Source: a virus
Direction: 5' to 3' (one strand)
IMG/VR virus record: IMGVR_UViG_3300006310_000001
Length of the DNA: 64,000 nt
Position numbers and translations under genes: made by a program. Shown piece by piece: positions 53,280 to 62,773 of this stretch. A model generated the notes under the pieces. The model saw only the letters and a program-made list of their open reading frames with translations. It was not told the DNA's origin and ran no database searches. How positions within the stretch are numbered: the first letter of the stretch is position 1; each line of letters starts with the position of its first letter.

Positions 53280-55765
53280 CCTAAAAACGCTTCCAGACTT
53301 GCTTTCTTTTCGTGTTCCCAACCTATTGAGTTTAATATAAATCTCATAGGGTCTAGGAAAGTTTTCTCAAATTGTACTTCATAATCAATATACTCTTGTA
53401 GATTAAACTCTTTTGGTAGTTTAGTTATATAACTAATCACATCAAACTTAAATGGATTTGCTTGTAGTAATTTAATAAACTTAATCTTATCTCCTTCTTG
53501 TATATAAGGATACTTATTCTGCAATCCAAATTCTTTTATTTGATGATTATAAATCAAAGAACCTTTAACGTGTATTGGTGTACCTTTGATAAACACATCT
53601 TTACTACTAGCATATTTTCTCATATTATTACAAGACCTTGGAAATGATATCTGCTCAGCAGACATACTCATAAATTCTTTTTTGAAACCTGCAATGAAAG
53701 TATGTAAATCAGATTGTTCTTTTGACATAATTATTTTAATTGCTTCTTTAATCTTACCTCGGCATACTTGTGGAGTTGAAGATTTAATTGCCTCTACACC
53801 CATAATCTTTAGTTTAGGTTCAGACAATCTTACATCTTCCTCATCTAATACATTTAACATATATCTTTTTTTCGCAACCCATATACCTTTGTTCGCAATA
53901 ACTTCACGTGCCATAACCATTGCGTTCTTAAATGCGTTTGTATAGTCTGCAATGTCTTCAAATTGTTTTGCGATAAACGGTTCTAATTTATTATCACATA
54001 CCTTAGCAAGAAAATCACATACTTGTTGGTCTGTTTTATCTTTACAAGTCTTCTCTACAAGTTTATCAAACGATACATAAATTGAATCTGTATCAGACGC
54101 TAGTACATAATCTATTTCATTATGTGTTTGTAATATTTGATTTAGATATTCATTTACTTTTTGTTCTACAAATCTAATAATGAATTGTCCTGCTGTAGTT
54201 ACAGCACTTGCTTGTGCTATATCATAATATCTAAAGTACTGATTACCTATTGCACCATAACAACTGTTTAATGCAATCTTTCTTGCCCATTGTACATTAT
54301 GACATCTAGCAATTTCTTTTTTTAATTCGTTTGTTGGATTCTTTTGATATTCTCTTTGTGCTTTTAACTCACGTTTCTTATATATCACACGGTCTTTATA
54401 AATCTTTTCAATCATTTCAGGTAAGAACCCTTGACTATCTCTTTTAAACATTGCACCGTTAGGTGTTATACAAGCACCTTCAGTTTTTAAATAATCTAGG
54501 GGTGTCTTCTTACTCAACATTTTATTCACAGAAACACCAGATGGTTTAACACCTAATATTTTTTCGGGAGAAATATTATATTGTACAATAATATGTGGAT
54601 AAAGAGAGTTGATATCAAAAGACACCACCCATTTTTGCATACCTAATCTAGGTTCTTTCACATACGCACCTTCATATTTGGTGTCCTTTATGTGGTCTTC
54701 CCTAGGTGGTACACAAATCTTTTTTGTCATCAAGTGGTTTGCGATTAATGTATCCCAAACTCTCACCTGTGAGAAAATATCGTTATAGTTTACTTTAGTT
54801 TCATACGCAAAGGTTAAAGATAAATCAATTAACCCTAACTTGTCTTCTAAACCATCAACTATTTCTACGTCTTGAATATTATACTCTACGAATTTTTGAA
54901 AATCTTTTGTATAGAAATCTTTAAATGTTGGATATGGATTTTCTACTTTAGTTTCACCTAATTCAGTTTCACCTATAAAAGATAATCTATAACTCTCTTG
55001 TCTTACTGGTATAAACCATTTATATAAATCAAGATAATCTAACATTGCAATACCAAACAATGAATAATATGTATTAGGTCTACCTCTTATAATTATTTCT
55101 TCTTTATGTATTAAGTTCCAAGGCGACATTCTACTTGCAACTTTAGCACCTGCAACTAATTGAATTCTATTCATCAAGTATGGTAGGTCAAAGAATTTAG
55201 TATTCCAACCTGTAATAACATCTGGATAGTTCTTCAACCAGAATTTCATAAACTCCATTATTAAATGTCTTTCATCTGTACATTTAATATAAGTTACGTC
55301 TGTACGTAAAGTTTTAAACTCACCAACACCCCACGTTATAATTTGTTTGTTTGATTGATTTTTAACTGTAATACATAATAGTTCTTCAACTGGAGTATTT
55401 ACTTCTGGAAATCCATTTTCACAGGTACATTCTATATCTAATGTAAATATTTTAATTAATTCTTTTGACCACTTAACTTGTTTTGTATACTTTTCATTGA
55501 TGTATTGATAATGAAATCTATCAAGTCCATAGACTGGTGCATTTTTAGTAGCGACATCACGTTTAAATCTACGAGCAGCGTCAATAGATGAAAAAGTAAT
55601 AGGTCTTAAATTATGTCCTTGTAATGATTTAAATTCTTCTTGATGTTGTGATACTGAATATAATGTTGGAGAAAAATTAATCCTCTCTTTAAACTCTTTG
55701 CTATCTCTTACACCTCTAACAAGTAGTTTGCCTTTATGTTCTATTACATTTTTATAAAAGTTCAT
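53276..55765 (-). CDS. 43: family B DNA polymerase (T4 gp43)
   Basis: DIE exonuclease, GWNTKFFD, SFDINSLYP, KIALNSCYG, SDTDS. Confidence 0.97.
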   Translation of the reverse strand: MNFYKNVIEHKGKLLVRGVRDSKEFKERINFSPTLYSVSQHQEEFKSLQGHNLRPITFSSIDAARRFKRDVATKNAPVYGLDRFHYQYINEKYTKQVKWSKELIKIFTLDIECTCENGFPEVNTPVEELLCITVKNQSNKQIITWGVGEFKTLRTDVTYIKCTDERHLIMEFMKFWLKNYPDVITGWNTKFFDLPYLMNRIQLVAGAKVASRMSPWNLIHKEEIIIRGRPNTYYSLFGIAMLDYLDLYKWFIPVRQESYRLSFIGETELGETKVENPYPTFKDFYTKDFQKFVEYNIQDVEIVDGLEDKLGLIDLSLTFAYETKVNYNDIFSQVRVWDTLIANHLMTKKICVPPREDHIKDTKYEGAYVKEPRLGMQKWVVSFDINSLYPHIIVQYNISPEKILGVKPSGVSVNKMLSKKTPLDYLKTEGACITPNGAMFKRDSQGFLPEMIEKIYKDRVIYKKRELKAQREYQKNPTNELKKEIARCHNVQWARKIALNSCYGAIGNQYFRYYDIAQASAVTTAGQFIIRFVEQKVNEYLNQILQTHNEIDYVLASDTDSIYVSFDKLVEKTCKDKTDQQVCDFLAKVCDNKLEPFIAKQFEDIADYTNAFKNAMVMAREVIANKGIWVAKKRYMLNVLDEEDVRLSEPKLKIMGVEAIKSSTPQVCRGKIKEAIKIIMSKEQSDLHTFIAGFKKEFMSMSAEQISFPRSCNNMRKYASSKDVFIKGTPIHVKGSLIYNHQIKEFGLQNKYPYIQEGDKIKFIKLLQANPFKFDVISYITKLPKEFNLQEYIDYEVQFEKTFLDPMRFILNSIGWEHEKKASLEAFLG

Positions 55766-56090
55766 CTGGTCTCAAATGGAGAATTAAACCGTCAAGGTCT
55801 TTAGTAAGTTTTATTTGACAACTTAATCTACTAACACCTGGTTTATATCCTCTTTCATATTCTAATTGTTCTTCTTCTATTGATAAGTCTTCTGGTTGTG
55901 GTACTTTGTCTATCCACTTCTCATCAACATATACGTGGCACGTACAACACATACAATTACCACCACAATCGGCAGGAATTTCTGGTATTGGTACGTGTGA
56001 TTCAAATTTCGCTGCCTCCATTGCACTCAAACCTTCTTTAGTCTGAACACGAATCTTGGATCCGTCCCTTACAAAATATACATCTATCAC
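55752..56090 (-). CDS. fdx: ISC-type [2Fe-2S] ferredoxin
   Basis: CGGNCMCCTCHVYV, SRLSCQI. Confidence 0.9.
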   Translation of the reverse strand: MIDVYFVRDGSKIRVQTKEGLSAMEAAKFESHVPIPEIPADCGGNCMCCTCHVYVDEKWIDKVPQPEDLSIEEEQLEYERGYKPGVSRLSCQIKLTKDLDGLILHLRPDELL

Positions 56091-56422
56091 TTATCTAATG
56101 TAGGCAAACCTGTTTCAGTTATTAACTGTTTTTTAGGTGTTACAATAGATGAAGTACTACTGACATAGTTTTGTTTAATATGTTCTTTTGGTTTTGTTAT
56201 AGATACAACTTTATCTGCGTTGACTTCAACAATATCTCCATCTGAATATGGAGCATAAGGCGTCATCATCAACTGTATAGGTTGTCCCTTTGCTGATTGT
56301 GTTGGTATGATAACGTACCCTTTATGTATTGTGATAACTTTTGAACCTACTGTAATTTTTCCGATAACATCTTCTCCAGTTATCAATCTACAGATTAAGA
56401 TTTCAGTTTCGCTAAGTGCCAT
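56087..56422 (-). CDS. hypothetical protein, possible Sm-like fold
   Basis: RLITGEDVIG...PYAPYS. Confidence 0.7.
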   Translation of the reverse strand: MALSETEILICRLITGEDVIGKITVGSKVITIHKGYVIIPTQSAKGQPIQLMMTPYAPYSDGDIVEVNADKVVSITKPKEHIKQNYVSSTSSIVTPKKQLITETGLPTLDK

Positions 56423-56441
56423 TATATTTCTCCTTGATTAT

Positions 56442-56470
56442 AATATATCATAGAATTAAAAATTAGTCAA
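56442..56470 (-). promoter_or_regulatory. sigma70-type promoter TTGACT-N17-TATATT with TGn
   Basis: Upstream of the fdx-43 unit. Confidence 0.75.
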
Positions 56471-56780
56471 TGTTAGTTCTAGGTATGAACGGTGAATAAC
56501 CTCGTTCTTCTGCTTTTTGGTCGTCTTCTCCTACAATGGCTTGGACTTCAGGAACATAATGCTTAAGCATATCTTCCACACCTTGATGTAATGTTTGTTT
56601 AGACATTGCACATCCTGAACAACTACCTGCTAGTTCTAATTTTGCAACACCTAAATCCATATCAAAGTCTAAATAATTTATAAACCCACCGTGCTGAGCC
56701 ACAGCAGGAGCAACTTTATCTTCCAAGATAAATTTAATGTCCTTTGCTATCTCTTCTTTACTTCTGGTTATTTCAACCAT
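56463..56780 (-). CDS. NifU/NfuA C-terminal-domain Fe-S carrier
   Basis: VAPAVAQHGG, GSCSGC. Confidence 0.9.
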   Translation of the reverse strand: MVEITRSKEEIAKDIKFILEDKVAPAVAQHGGFINYLDFDMDLGVAKLELAGSCSGCAMSKQTLHQGVEDMLKHYVPEVQAIVGEDDQKAEERGYSPFIPRTNID

Positions 56781-56793
56781 TGTAGTCCCTTCT

Positions 56794-56997
56794 TTATTGT
56801 CTTTGTAAATTTACTGCTGAATTACCTTTTTGTGTTTCAGTAATTTCAAAAGTTAGTTCATCGCCTTCATTAAGTTCCAGGTTTGCTGCTTTAGCCGCTG
56901 AGGAATGTACAAAAACATCCTTCTCATTGTCTTCTCTAGCAATAAAACCATAACCTTTTGTTGGGTTAAACCATTTTACTTTTCCGTTTATACTCAT
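56794..56997 (-). CDS. cspA: cold-shock protein
   Basis: GKVKWFN, KGYGFI (RNP1), VFVH (RNP2); start moved to MSING. Confidence 0.93.
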   Translation of the reverse strand: MSINGKVKWFNPTKGYGFIAREDNEKDVFVHSSAAKAANLELNEGDELTFEITETQKGNSAVNLQRQ

Positions 56998-56998
56998 C

Positions 56999-58411
56999 TT
57001 ATTTTTTATCTTCTCCTTTCTTGTCATCTAAACTATACTTTGTAGTTATTATATATTTACGATTCGGATTAACCATTACGTTAAAACGATTCATTGTTTC
57101 TCTATCAAATAATATTTTAGATTTTTCATCCCTATCATCTAGGGTAAATTCTACTTCTTTGTAATATCCACCTGCAAATTCTACATCAAGTTTTATTACT
57201 AATCTTTCTTCTTTATAATCTCTTAATCCGCCTACTTCAATTGTTTGCTTACGCACTATATCGTTTGTAAGTGTCTTGCCTTCTAATGACCAAGTAACTT
57301 TACCACCGCCTTTTTTTATTTTATCAGCGTGTATAACAGACGTACCAGAGTTACCTGTATCAAACTTACCTACTATACGTCCAAATGGATGTATATGGAC
57401 AACTTCTTTATATCCACACTCGGTAGGTACTTTCTTCCAGTTATCTCTATCTTCAAAATATTGTACTATTTCTTTACTTAAATTTCTATGTGTTGCCTCT
57501 TCTATACCTTCTGTACCTGGTGAAGAGTTAACTTCAATAACAAATGGTGATTCTTTTACTCTATCTTCCGAAGGAATAAAGTCTACTGCTACCCATTGAC
57601 CATCTACTGCCTTCGCCGCTTTTAAACTTTCTTCTGTTTCTATTTTTGTTAGTGTTAATTCTTCTACTTCTGCACCTCTTGATACATTACTTCTGAAATC
57701 TCCTGGTACAACTTTTCTTTTCATAGCAGCAAATACTTTACCTTGCAATACTAATACTCTAGCATCCCATTTAGTTTTTATATATTGTTGCAATAGTATA
57801 TCAGAATCTTCATCTTGTTTATTAAGTAATTGTACTATTGAATCTAATGATTTTTCTGATTCAATAAACAAGACACCAACACCTTTTGAACCTCTTAATG
57901 TCTTTAAGATAACAGGAAACTTTTCTTCCAAACTTTCAAATGATTGTATTGAATTTTCTGGATCAGTTACCAATACTGATTTAGGTTGTTTAATACCATA
58001 GTCTGCTAATCTTAATGAAGTTCTATATTTGTCAGCACACATACTAATACATTGTCTACTGTTAATTACACACACTTGGTGTTTTTCTAATCTTGATACC
58101 AAGTCCATCCAACTATCTCTACGTACTACTGAACCTCTTACAATAGCAACTGTATCTTTTGCTGATACTCTAAATCCTTTTTTGTCATCTTGATTATGGA
58201 AATACATTTCTCCATCATCTTCAACGGTTACATACCCACCAGTATTTCTATAGATGTATGACTTATGACCAAGCTTATCTGCTTGTTTCATTAAGTTCTT
58301 TGCTGTATGGAAATTTAAATCATCTTCAGGTTCATCTGATATAATGATTAATCTATATGATCCAGAAGTTTTTGCTTCTGTTATGTAATCTTTGAATTTT
58401 GGTATCTGCAT
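56999..58411 (-). CDS. rimK: RimK-like ATP-grasp ligase fused to retropepsin-like (RimB-type) protease
   Basis: [39 protein letters not shown]; then KFDTGNSG (DTG). Confidence 0.85.
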   Translation of the reverse strand: MQIPKFKDYITEAKTSGSYRLIIISDEPEDDLNFHTAKNLMKQADKLGHKSYIYRNTGGYVTVEDDGEMYFHNQDDKKGFRVSAKDTVAIVRGSVVRRDSWMDLVSRLEKHQVCVINSRQCISMCADKYRTSLRLADYGIKQPKSVLVTDPENSIQSFESLEEKFPVILKTLRGSKGVGVLFIESEKSLDSIVQLLNKQDEDSDILLQQYIKTKWDARVLVLQGKVFAAMKRKVVPGDFRSNVSRGAEVEELTLTKIETEESLKAAKAVDGQWVAVDFIPSEDRVKESPFVIEVNSSPGTEGIEEATHRNLSKEIVQYFEDRDNWKKVPTECGYKEVVHIHPFGRIVGKFDTGNSGTSVIHADKIKKGGGKVTWSLEGKTLTNDIVRKQTIEVGGLRDYKEERLVIKLDVEFAGGYYKEVEFTLDDRDEKSKILFDRETMNRFNVMVNPNRKYIITTKYSLDDKKGEDKK

Positions 58412-58879
58412 TTATTCATCACTCATTGGACTCGTAGTTGGTGTTGTTTTAAATTCTTTTTTCTTGTCGTCCACTTTCTTCCCAATGTTGTACTTAGCAG
58501 ATAACGTCCACTCTTTCTTTTCTTTAAATGGTAATACTTTTATCTGACTCAATGGTGCTTTATCTTCTGTTATATCCTTTTTAACTATATCAATTAAGTT
58601 CCAATCTTGTAATAATAAAGATATGGTATTTCTTCTTTGAATATCGTTTTGAGTTAATGTAGATTTTTTACCATCTAATGCAAATAATTCCTTGAAATGG
58701 ACTATATAATATTTGCCTTGCTTGTGTAATATATGACAAGATTGATATAATGTTTTATCTTTACGACTCGCCACACCTATTCTTGTTAACGTTTCCCTGA
58801 CTTTTAAAAAATCATCAGGTTGTTTAATGGTCACCTCAAGCATATCGCCTTGTGACCAACTAATAATATCCTCACTCAT
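58412..58879 (-). CDS. regA: translational repressor RegA
   Basis: DFLKVRETLTRIG, LYQSCHILHKQG.YYIVHFKE, WTLSAKY. Confidence 0.95.
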   Translation of the reverse strand: MSEDIISWSQGDMLEVTIKQPDDFLKVRETLTRIGVASRKDKTLYQSCHILHKQGKYYIVHFKELFALDGKKSTLTQNDIQRRNTISLLLQDWNLIDIVKKDITEDKAPLSQIKVLPFKEKKEWTLSAKYNIGKKVDDKKKEFKTTPTTSPMSDE

Positions 58880-59271
58880 TTAAACTTTCTCCCACCTTGT
58901 ATAAGGTTTAATTTAAGTCTTTCAATTTGGTCATCTGTAAGTATGTTGAGTACTTCCTTTGCTTTTGTATTGCTATATCCATAATACTTTTTTACAATGT
59001 CTAGGTTCTTCAACTTGGTTTTTGATAACCACCTACCTCCAAATCGCCTTTTCTTTCGTATACTATTTATTAAATAGTGAAATTGCATACGTTTAGATAG
59101 AAAGTGTAGTCCGTTCATTTCATTACTATGCATTATGGTATCATAGAACATAGATAGACAACGGTTAATTACAAAGGGTGGGTACTTCTTTTCCCAAGTC
59201 GGGTCTGGTGTGTCTAATAAATTCTCTTTTGATTCATTAATAGCTTTAAGATAATCTTTTAGTTCGTACAT
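58876..59271 (-). CDS. 62: clamp loader small subunit (T4 gp62)
   Basis: YPPFVINRCLS, ANEMN-like SNEMN, YYGYS..KA; upstream of regA. Confidence 0.9.
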   Translation of the reverse strand: MYELKDYLKAINESKENLLDTPDPTWEKKYPPFVINRCLSMFYDTIMHSNEMNGLHFLSKRMQFHYLINSIRKKRRFGGRWLSKTKLKNLDIVKKYYGYSNTKAKEVLNILTDDQIERLKLNLIQGGRKFK

Positions 59272-59692
59272 AATTTGTGCTGTATCTTCTCAATAACATT
59301 TTCTCTTTACCTTCAATGTCTGTTAATTTTGTGATAGCTGGTTGCAATCTTTTTATTTCGTATCTAATATCTCCATTATTCATCTGACCTGTGGTATATC
59401 TAAAACCTTTGTCTACTTTATATAGTGAAGATACATTACTTGCTGATGTAGGACACTCTACAATATAAAACCCATCCATACATTTTTTAAGTTGATTCGT
59501 TTTAAGAGTAAAACAATCTTTAGTATAATAGCGAGTTTGTGTTTTAACTTCAACTCGTTCACCTTCTACTAATAAATCTTTATGACTATCAAAAGGATCA
59601 ATAGAGTGTTCTACTACTTTACCTGCCCTAGAATAGTAATTACTTACTATCTTTTCACCTATTTGACCGAGTACTGCTTTTCTATCCATCAT
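59246..59692 (-). CDS. putative PD-(D/E)xK nuclease-like protein
   Basis: GQIGEKIV...HKDLLVEGERVEVKTQ. Confidence 0.6.
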   Translation of the reverse strand: MMDRKAVLGQIGEKIVSNYYSRAGKVVEHSIDPFDSHKDLLVEGERVEVKTQTRYYTKDCFTLKTNQLKKCMDGFYIVECPTSASNVSSLYKVDKGFRYTTGQMNNGDIRYEIKRLQPAITKLTDIEGKEKMLLRRYSTNYVRTKRLS

Positions 59693-59693
59693 T

Positions 59694-60326
59694 TCATCTT
59701 GCCCCTTTTTTTATATTAGCAATATGCTCCATAGGTTGTAAATTACTCCAATGAAAACATATGCGTTGCTGTTCTGGATCGGTTAAATTAAATTTAGAAC
59801 ACGCTTCAATATGGTCTACATCCCAACCTCCTCTACCATAATTCTCTTTTGTCATCCAAGGTTCAAATTTAGATTCTAAATGAGTCCATAATTCATCAAT
59901 TGTACAACCAAGTAATTCCATAGTTGAAGCTGACTTATCTTTACCTTTTAAAAGTTTATACAATCTGCTTCGTAAAGAATCAACTATTCTATAATTGGGA
60001 TCCGTTAGGCGTTTATTCTTGTCCCATCCTCTTCTCCATTCATCTATTCGGTCTTTATTTTTTAATTTCCATTCTTTTTTATGTTTTTTTACTTCGGGTC
60101 TACTATCGTATTCTTTTTTATGTTTTTTTATTTTTTCTTTATTTTTTAAACGGTATTCTCTTGAATATTTTTTATACCATTCTCTATATTTTAAACGGTA
60201 TCTTTTATAGTATTCTTTTTTACGTTCTTTATTTTTTAAATACCATCTTTTATCGTATTCTTTTTTACGTTCTTTATTTTTTAAATGGTATTGTTTATAG
60301 TATTCTTTTCTATTATTTGCTTTCAT
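59694..60326 (-). CDS. HNH-type endonuclease with repetitive basic N-terminus
   Basis: LLGC..DEL..HLE, ENYG, WDVDHI, FHWSNLQPM...N. Confidence 0.8.
   Translation of the reverse strand: MKANNRKEYYKQYHLKNKERKKEYDKRWYLKNKERKKEYYKRYRLKYREWYKKYSREYRLKNKEKIKKHKKEYDSRPEVKKHKKEWKLKNKDRIDEWRRGWDKNKRLTDPNYRIVDSLRSRLYKLLKGKDKSASTMELLGCTIDELWTHLESKFEPWMTKENYGRGGWDVDHIEACSKFNLTDPEQQRICFHWSNLQPMEHIANIKKGAR
60156..60309. repeat. 45-bp coding tandem repeat (15-aa KEYxKxxxLKNKERK units)
   Basis: 60201-60245 and 60246-60290 nearly identical; degenerate flanking units. Confidence 0.8.
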
Positions 60327-61270
60327 TATTTAAACTTACAGTTTGCCATTACTTCTGTTAAACAAGCGACCATATTAATCTCTTGGTCTGCTACAAAAGC
60401 TGCCTTGTATTGATACCCAGCAATAACTAAAACTGCCTGTGGTATAGATTGTGGTTGTAAATGTTTGTATAGTATTTCATATACCTTTGAAAATAATGCT
60501 GATGGTTCTTTATCTAGGTTTTGTATAACCCATTTTCTCATATCATTAAATCTTTTTTCTTTTAAAATTGCGATAAGTTGTTTAGTATCTGCTTCAGTTA
60601 AACTGAATAATATACCACTATCAATCTTACCTCTTACTGAATATCGTTGAAGTTCATTAATAGTTCTTCTAAAATCTGGAAAGTATTTCTGTATTAATTC
60701 TGCAATTACTTTTTTATCAAACTCTATCACTTCTTCTGTTAAGATACCACACAACCTATTCATAAGTTGTGTCATTATTTTAATTTTATCACCATTAGTA
60801 ATCGCAAAATCAATAACAGTACATCTACTATGCAATGCTGGTAATATCTTATTCTTATAATTACAAGTAAAGATAAATCTACAATTCTTATAAAATGTTT
60901 CTATGAAATTTCTTAATGCAGGTTGAACGGACTCTGGATTCATATAGTCCGCCTCATCAAGTATAACAACTTTATGACTTGCTGTTTCAGTTAAAGATAC
61001 AGTTGACGCAAAGTTTTTAATCTTATTTCTTAACGTATCTATCTGTCTACCTTCGTCTGATCCATTAATGATAATGTAATCAACACTTAACTCTTCACAT
61101 AAAGCACGTGCTACAGTAGTCTTACCTGTACCTGCTGTACCTGATAGTAATAGGTTTGGGAGTTCTTTTTGATTTATAAACTGTTTAAAAGTTTCTTTTA
61201 GTTCATTGGTTAAAATACAATCTTCAATTTTTCTTGGTCTGTACTTCTCAACCCATAAATTTTCTGCCAT
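60326..61270 (-). CDS. 44: clamp loader large subunit (T4 gp44)
   Basis: LWVEKYRP, GTAGTGKT, DEAD, SRC, YFPDFRR. Confidence 0.96.
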   Translation of the reverse strand: MAENLWVEKYRPRKIEDCILTNELKETFKQFINQKELPNLLLSGTAGTGKTTVARALCEELSVDYIIINGSDEGRQIDTLRNKIKNFASTVSLTETASHKVVILDEADYMNPESVQPALRNFIETFYKNCRFIFTCNYKNKILPALHSRCTVIDFAITNGDKIKIMTQLMNRLCGILTEEVIEFDKKVIAELIQKYFPDFRRTINELQRYSVRGKIDSGILFSLTEADTKQLIAILKEKRFNDMRKWVIQNLDKEPSALFSKVYEILYKHLQPQSIPQAVLVIAGYQYKAAFVADQEINMVACLTEVMANCKFK

Positions 61271-61283
61271 AATATATTCACTT

Positions 61284-61403
61284 TCATATAATCAACCCTA
61301 TCAATACTCCTATTATAATACCTTCCAGCCAAAATGCCCACCTATGTGAACCTCTTGCTGTATGTTTACAAATAAAAGTACACGTCCAGTCTTTTACTGA
61401 CAT
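61284..61403 (-). CDS. 39-aa microprotein with C-terminal TM
   Basis: Not in track; MSVKDWTCTFICKH...GIIIGVLIGLII fills the 45-44 gap. Confidence 0.55.
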   Translation of the reverse strand: MSVKDWTCTFICKHTARGSHRWAFWLEGIIIGVLIGLII

Positions 61404-61405
61404 AA

Positions 61406-62071
61406 TTAAAACTCACTATCTGGTTCTAATGCTATCCAATATTGTACTGGTTTATTTCTATTAACAAAATGACTTATTCTTTGTTTAGAAATTGCAATAT
61501 CATAATCATCTGGTATGATTTTTAAATTTTCTGCTTTGAAATATGCTACAAAAGTTTTATCAGTTGTACCTACTACAGCAGAATAATCGTTAGATGATTT
61601 ATTCTTTTTATCAGTTGCAATCATTGTAATGTTTTTACCATCACCTTTTACTGCAATGTCTGGTAAGTTCAATGTAACTATACCTTTCAATAAGTCATTA
61701 AAACATTTACCCTTTAATGTAAAAGTTACATACTTATCAGGCATATTAATTGATTTAGTTGGTGCTACAATTACTGATTTATCTGCAAAGAAATACTTAA
61801 CAGATTGTCTTGAATTGGCGTCTGATATAACCAATTTGTTAGTACCATTAAATTTGATATCTGATTTAGAAAATAATTCAACTGCTCTTAAAAATTCTGG
61901 TAAATCATATATCGCAAATTCTTGCTCAAATTTATTATCTATGTCTGCTTCAGCAAGAATATTCTTTAAAGTAGAAATAGTTTGTAGTTGCTTTCCTGGT
62001 TTAACTAAAATGTTCTTATTAATTTCAGAAAAATTTTTTAAAATTGCAACTGTACTGTTTGATAGATTCAT
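61406..62071 (-). CDS. 45: sliding clamp (T4 gp45)
   Basis: LKNFSEIN, FAIYDLPEFL, YWIALE. Confidence 0.95.
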   Translation of the reverse strand: MNLSNSTVAILKNFSEINKNILVKPGKQLQTISTLKNILAEADIDNKFEQEFAIYDLPEFLRAVELFSKSDIKFNGTNKLVISDANSRQSVKYFFADKSVIVAPTKSINMPDKYVTFTLKGKCFNDLLKGIVTLNLPDIAVKGDGKNITMIATDKKNKSSNDYSAVVGTTDKTFVAYFKAENLKIIPDDYDIAISKQRISHFVNRNKPVQYWIALEPDSEF

Positions 62072-62101
62072 ATCAACTCCTTCATAATTTAATCATACTG
62101 T

Positions 62102-62130
62102 AATATATCACCAACCTCACATAAAGTCAA
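62102..62130 (-). promoter_or_regulatory. sigma70-type promoter TTGACT-N17-TATATT with TGn
   Basis: Upstream of gene 45. Confidence 0.78.
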
Positions 62131-62136
62131 TGTTGG

Positions 62137-62523
62137 TTACTGAACAGGACAGTTAGGATTTTCTGTTAAGTCTATAATAGTAGCATTTGCTGTAACCAAT
62201 TGGTCTGCTAATTGAGTTGCTACTGCTTCTGCTGTATTTAACTCCGACTCTATTGTCGCTAATTCACTATTTTGTTCTGTTAATACAACTTTAATTGAAC
62301 CTAATTCAAGTTCATATGCTTGTACTGTACCTTCCAATAATGCAATACTATCCAAGTATTCTGCTTCTACAGTAGAAATACCTACCTCAGCGTTTGCTAA
62401 TAAAGCTAGTGCTTTATCTTTTTTATTTTTTAAGTCTACAGTAATAATCAATAACGCAACTATAGCGATAACTGCTGCTACTGCTGTTCCTGATATCTTA
62501 TTTTTTATATCTTTAAGTTTCAT
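62137..62523 (-). CDS. N-terminal TM plus coiled-coil protein
   Basis: AVAAVIAIVALLIITV then acidic heptads. Confidence 0.7.
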   Translation of the reverse strand: MKLKDIKNKISGTAVAAVIAIVALLIITVDLKNKKDKALALLANAEVGISTVEAEYLDSIALLEGTVQAYELELGSIKVVLTEQNSELATIESELNTAEAVATQLADQLVTANATIIDLTENPNCPVQ

Positions 62524-62726
62524 TTCTTTTCCTTCTTATCAATTAATTCGCAAGTAATCTCATCTGCTTGTAACCCAGCATTGCCATCAAATATCCATAC
62601 GTAAGAATAGTGAACCTGGTCACCTTTTGCTACGCACTTTTTACCGAATGCTATACTTGGATTTTTTATGCTTGAACAAGCGCTTAAGAGAATCAAACTC
62701 ATTAAAATCACTAATATTTTATTCAT
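62520..62726 (-). CDS. small lipoprotein
   Basis: Start moved to MNKILV (RBS GAGGA); lipobox LSAC. Confidence 0.75.
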   Translation of the reverse strand: MNKILVILMSLILLSACSSIKNPSIAFGKKCVAKGDQVHYSYVWIFDGNAGLQADEITCELIDKKEKK

Positions 62727-62744
62727 AATTTCCTCATTTAGTTT

Positions 62745-62773
62745 ATTATATAACAATAGTATTTATAAGTCAA
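62745..62773 (-). promoter_or_regulatory. composite promoter TTGACT-N17-TATAAT with late TATAAATA in the spacer (62760-62767)
   Basis: Both motifs exact. Confidence 0.78.

Noticed and set aside
14065-55765. Introns or inteins in nrdA, nrdB, 41, uvsX or 43
   Set aside because: All are continuous ORFs of normal length with no intein or homing motifs.
60156-60309. 45-bp repeats as a possible CRISPR or mini-array
   Set aside because: Tandem and in-frame, with no unique spacers and no cas genes.
59924-60361. 145-aa hydrophobic plus-strand ORF
   Set aside because: By-product of the Lys/Glu/Tyr repeat on the opposite strand.
1323-62087. Many plus-strand ORFs in the track (e.g. 23788..24111, 28097..28630, 34284..34763, 47523..47981, 61629..62087)
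   Set aside because: Antisense shadows of well-supported minus-strand genes; no motifs or RBS.
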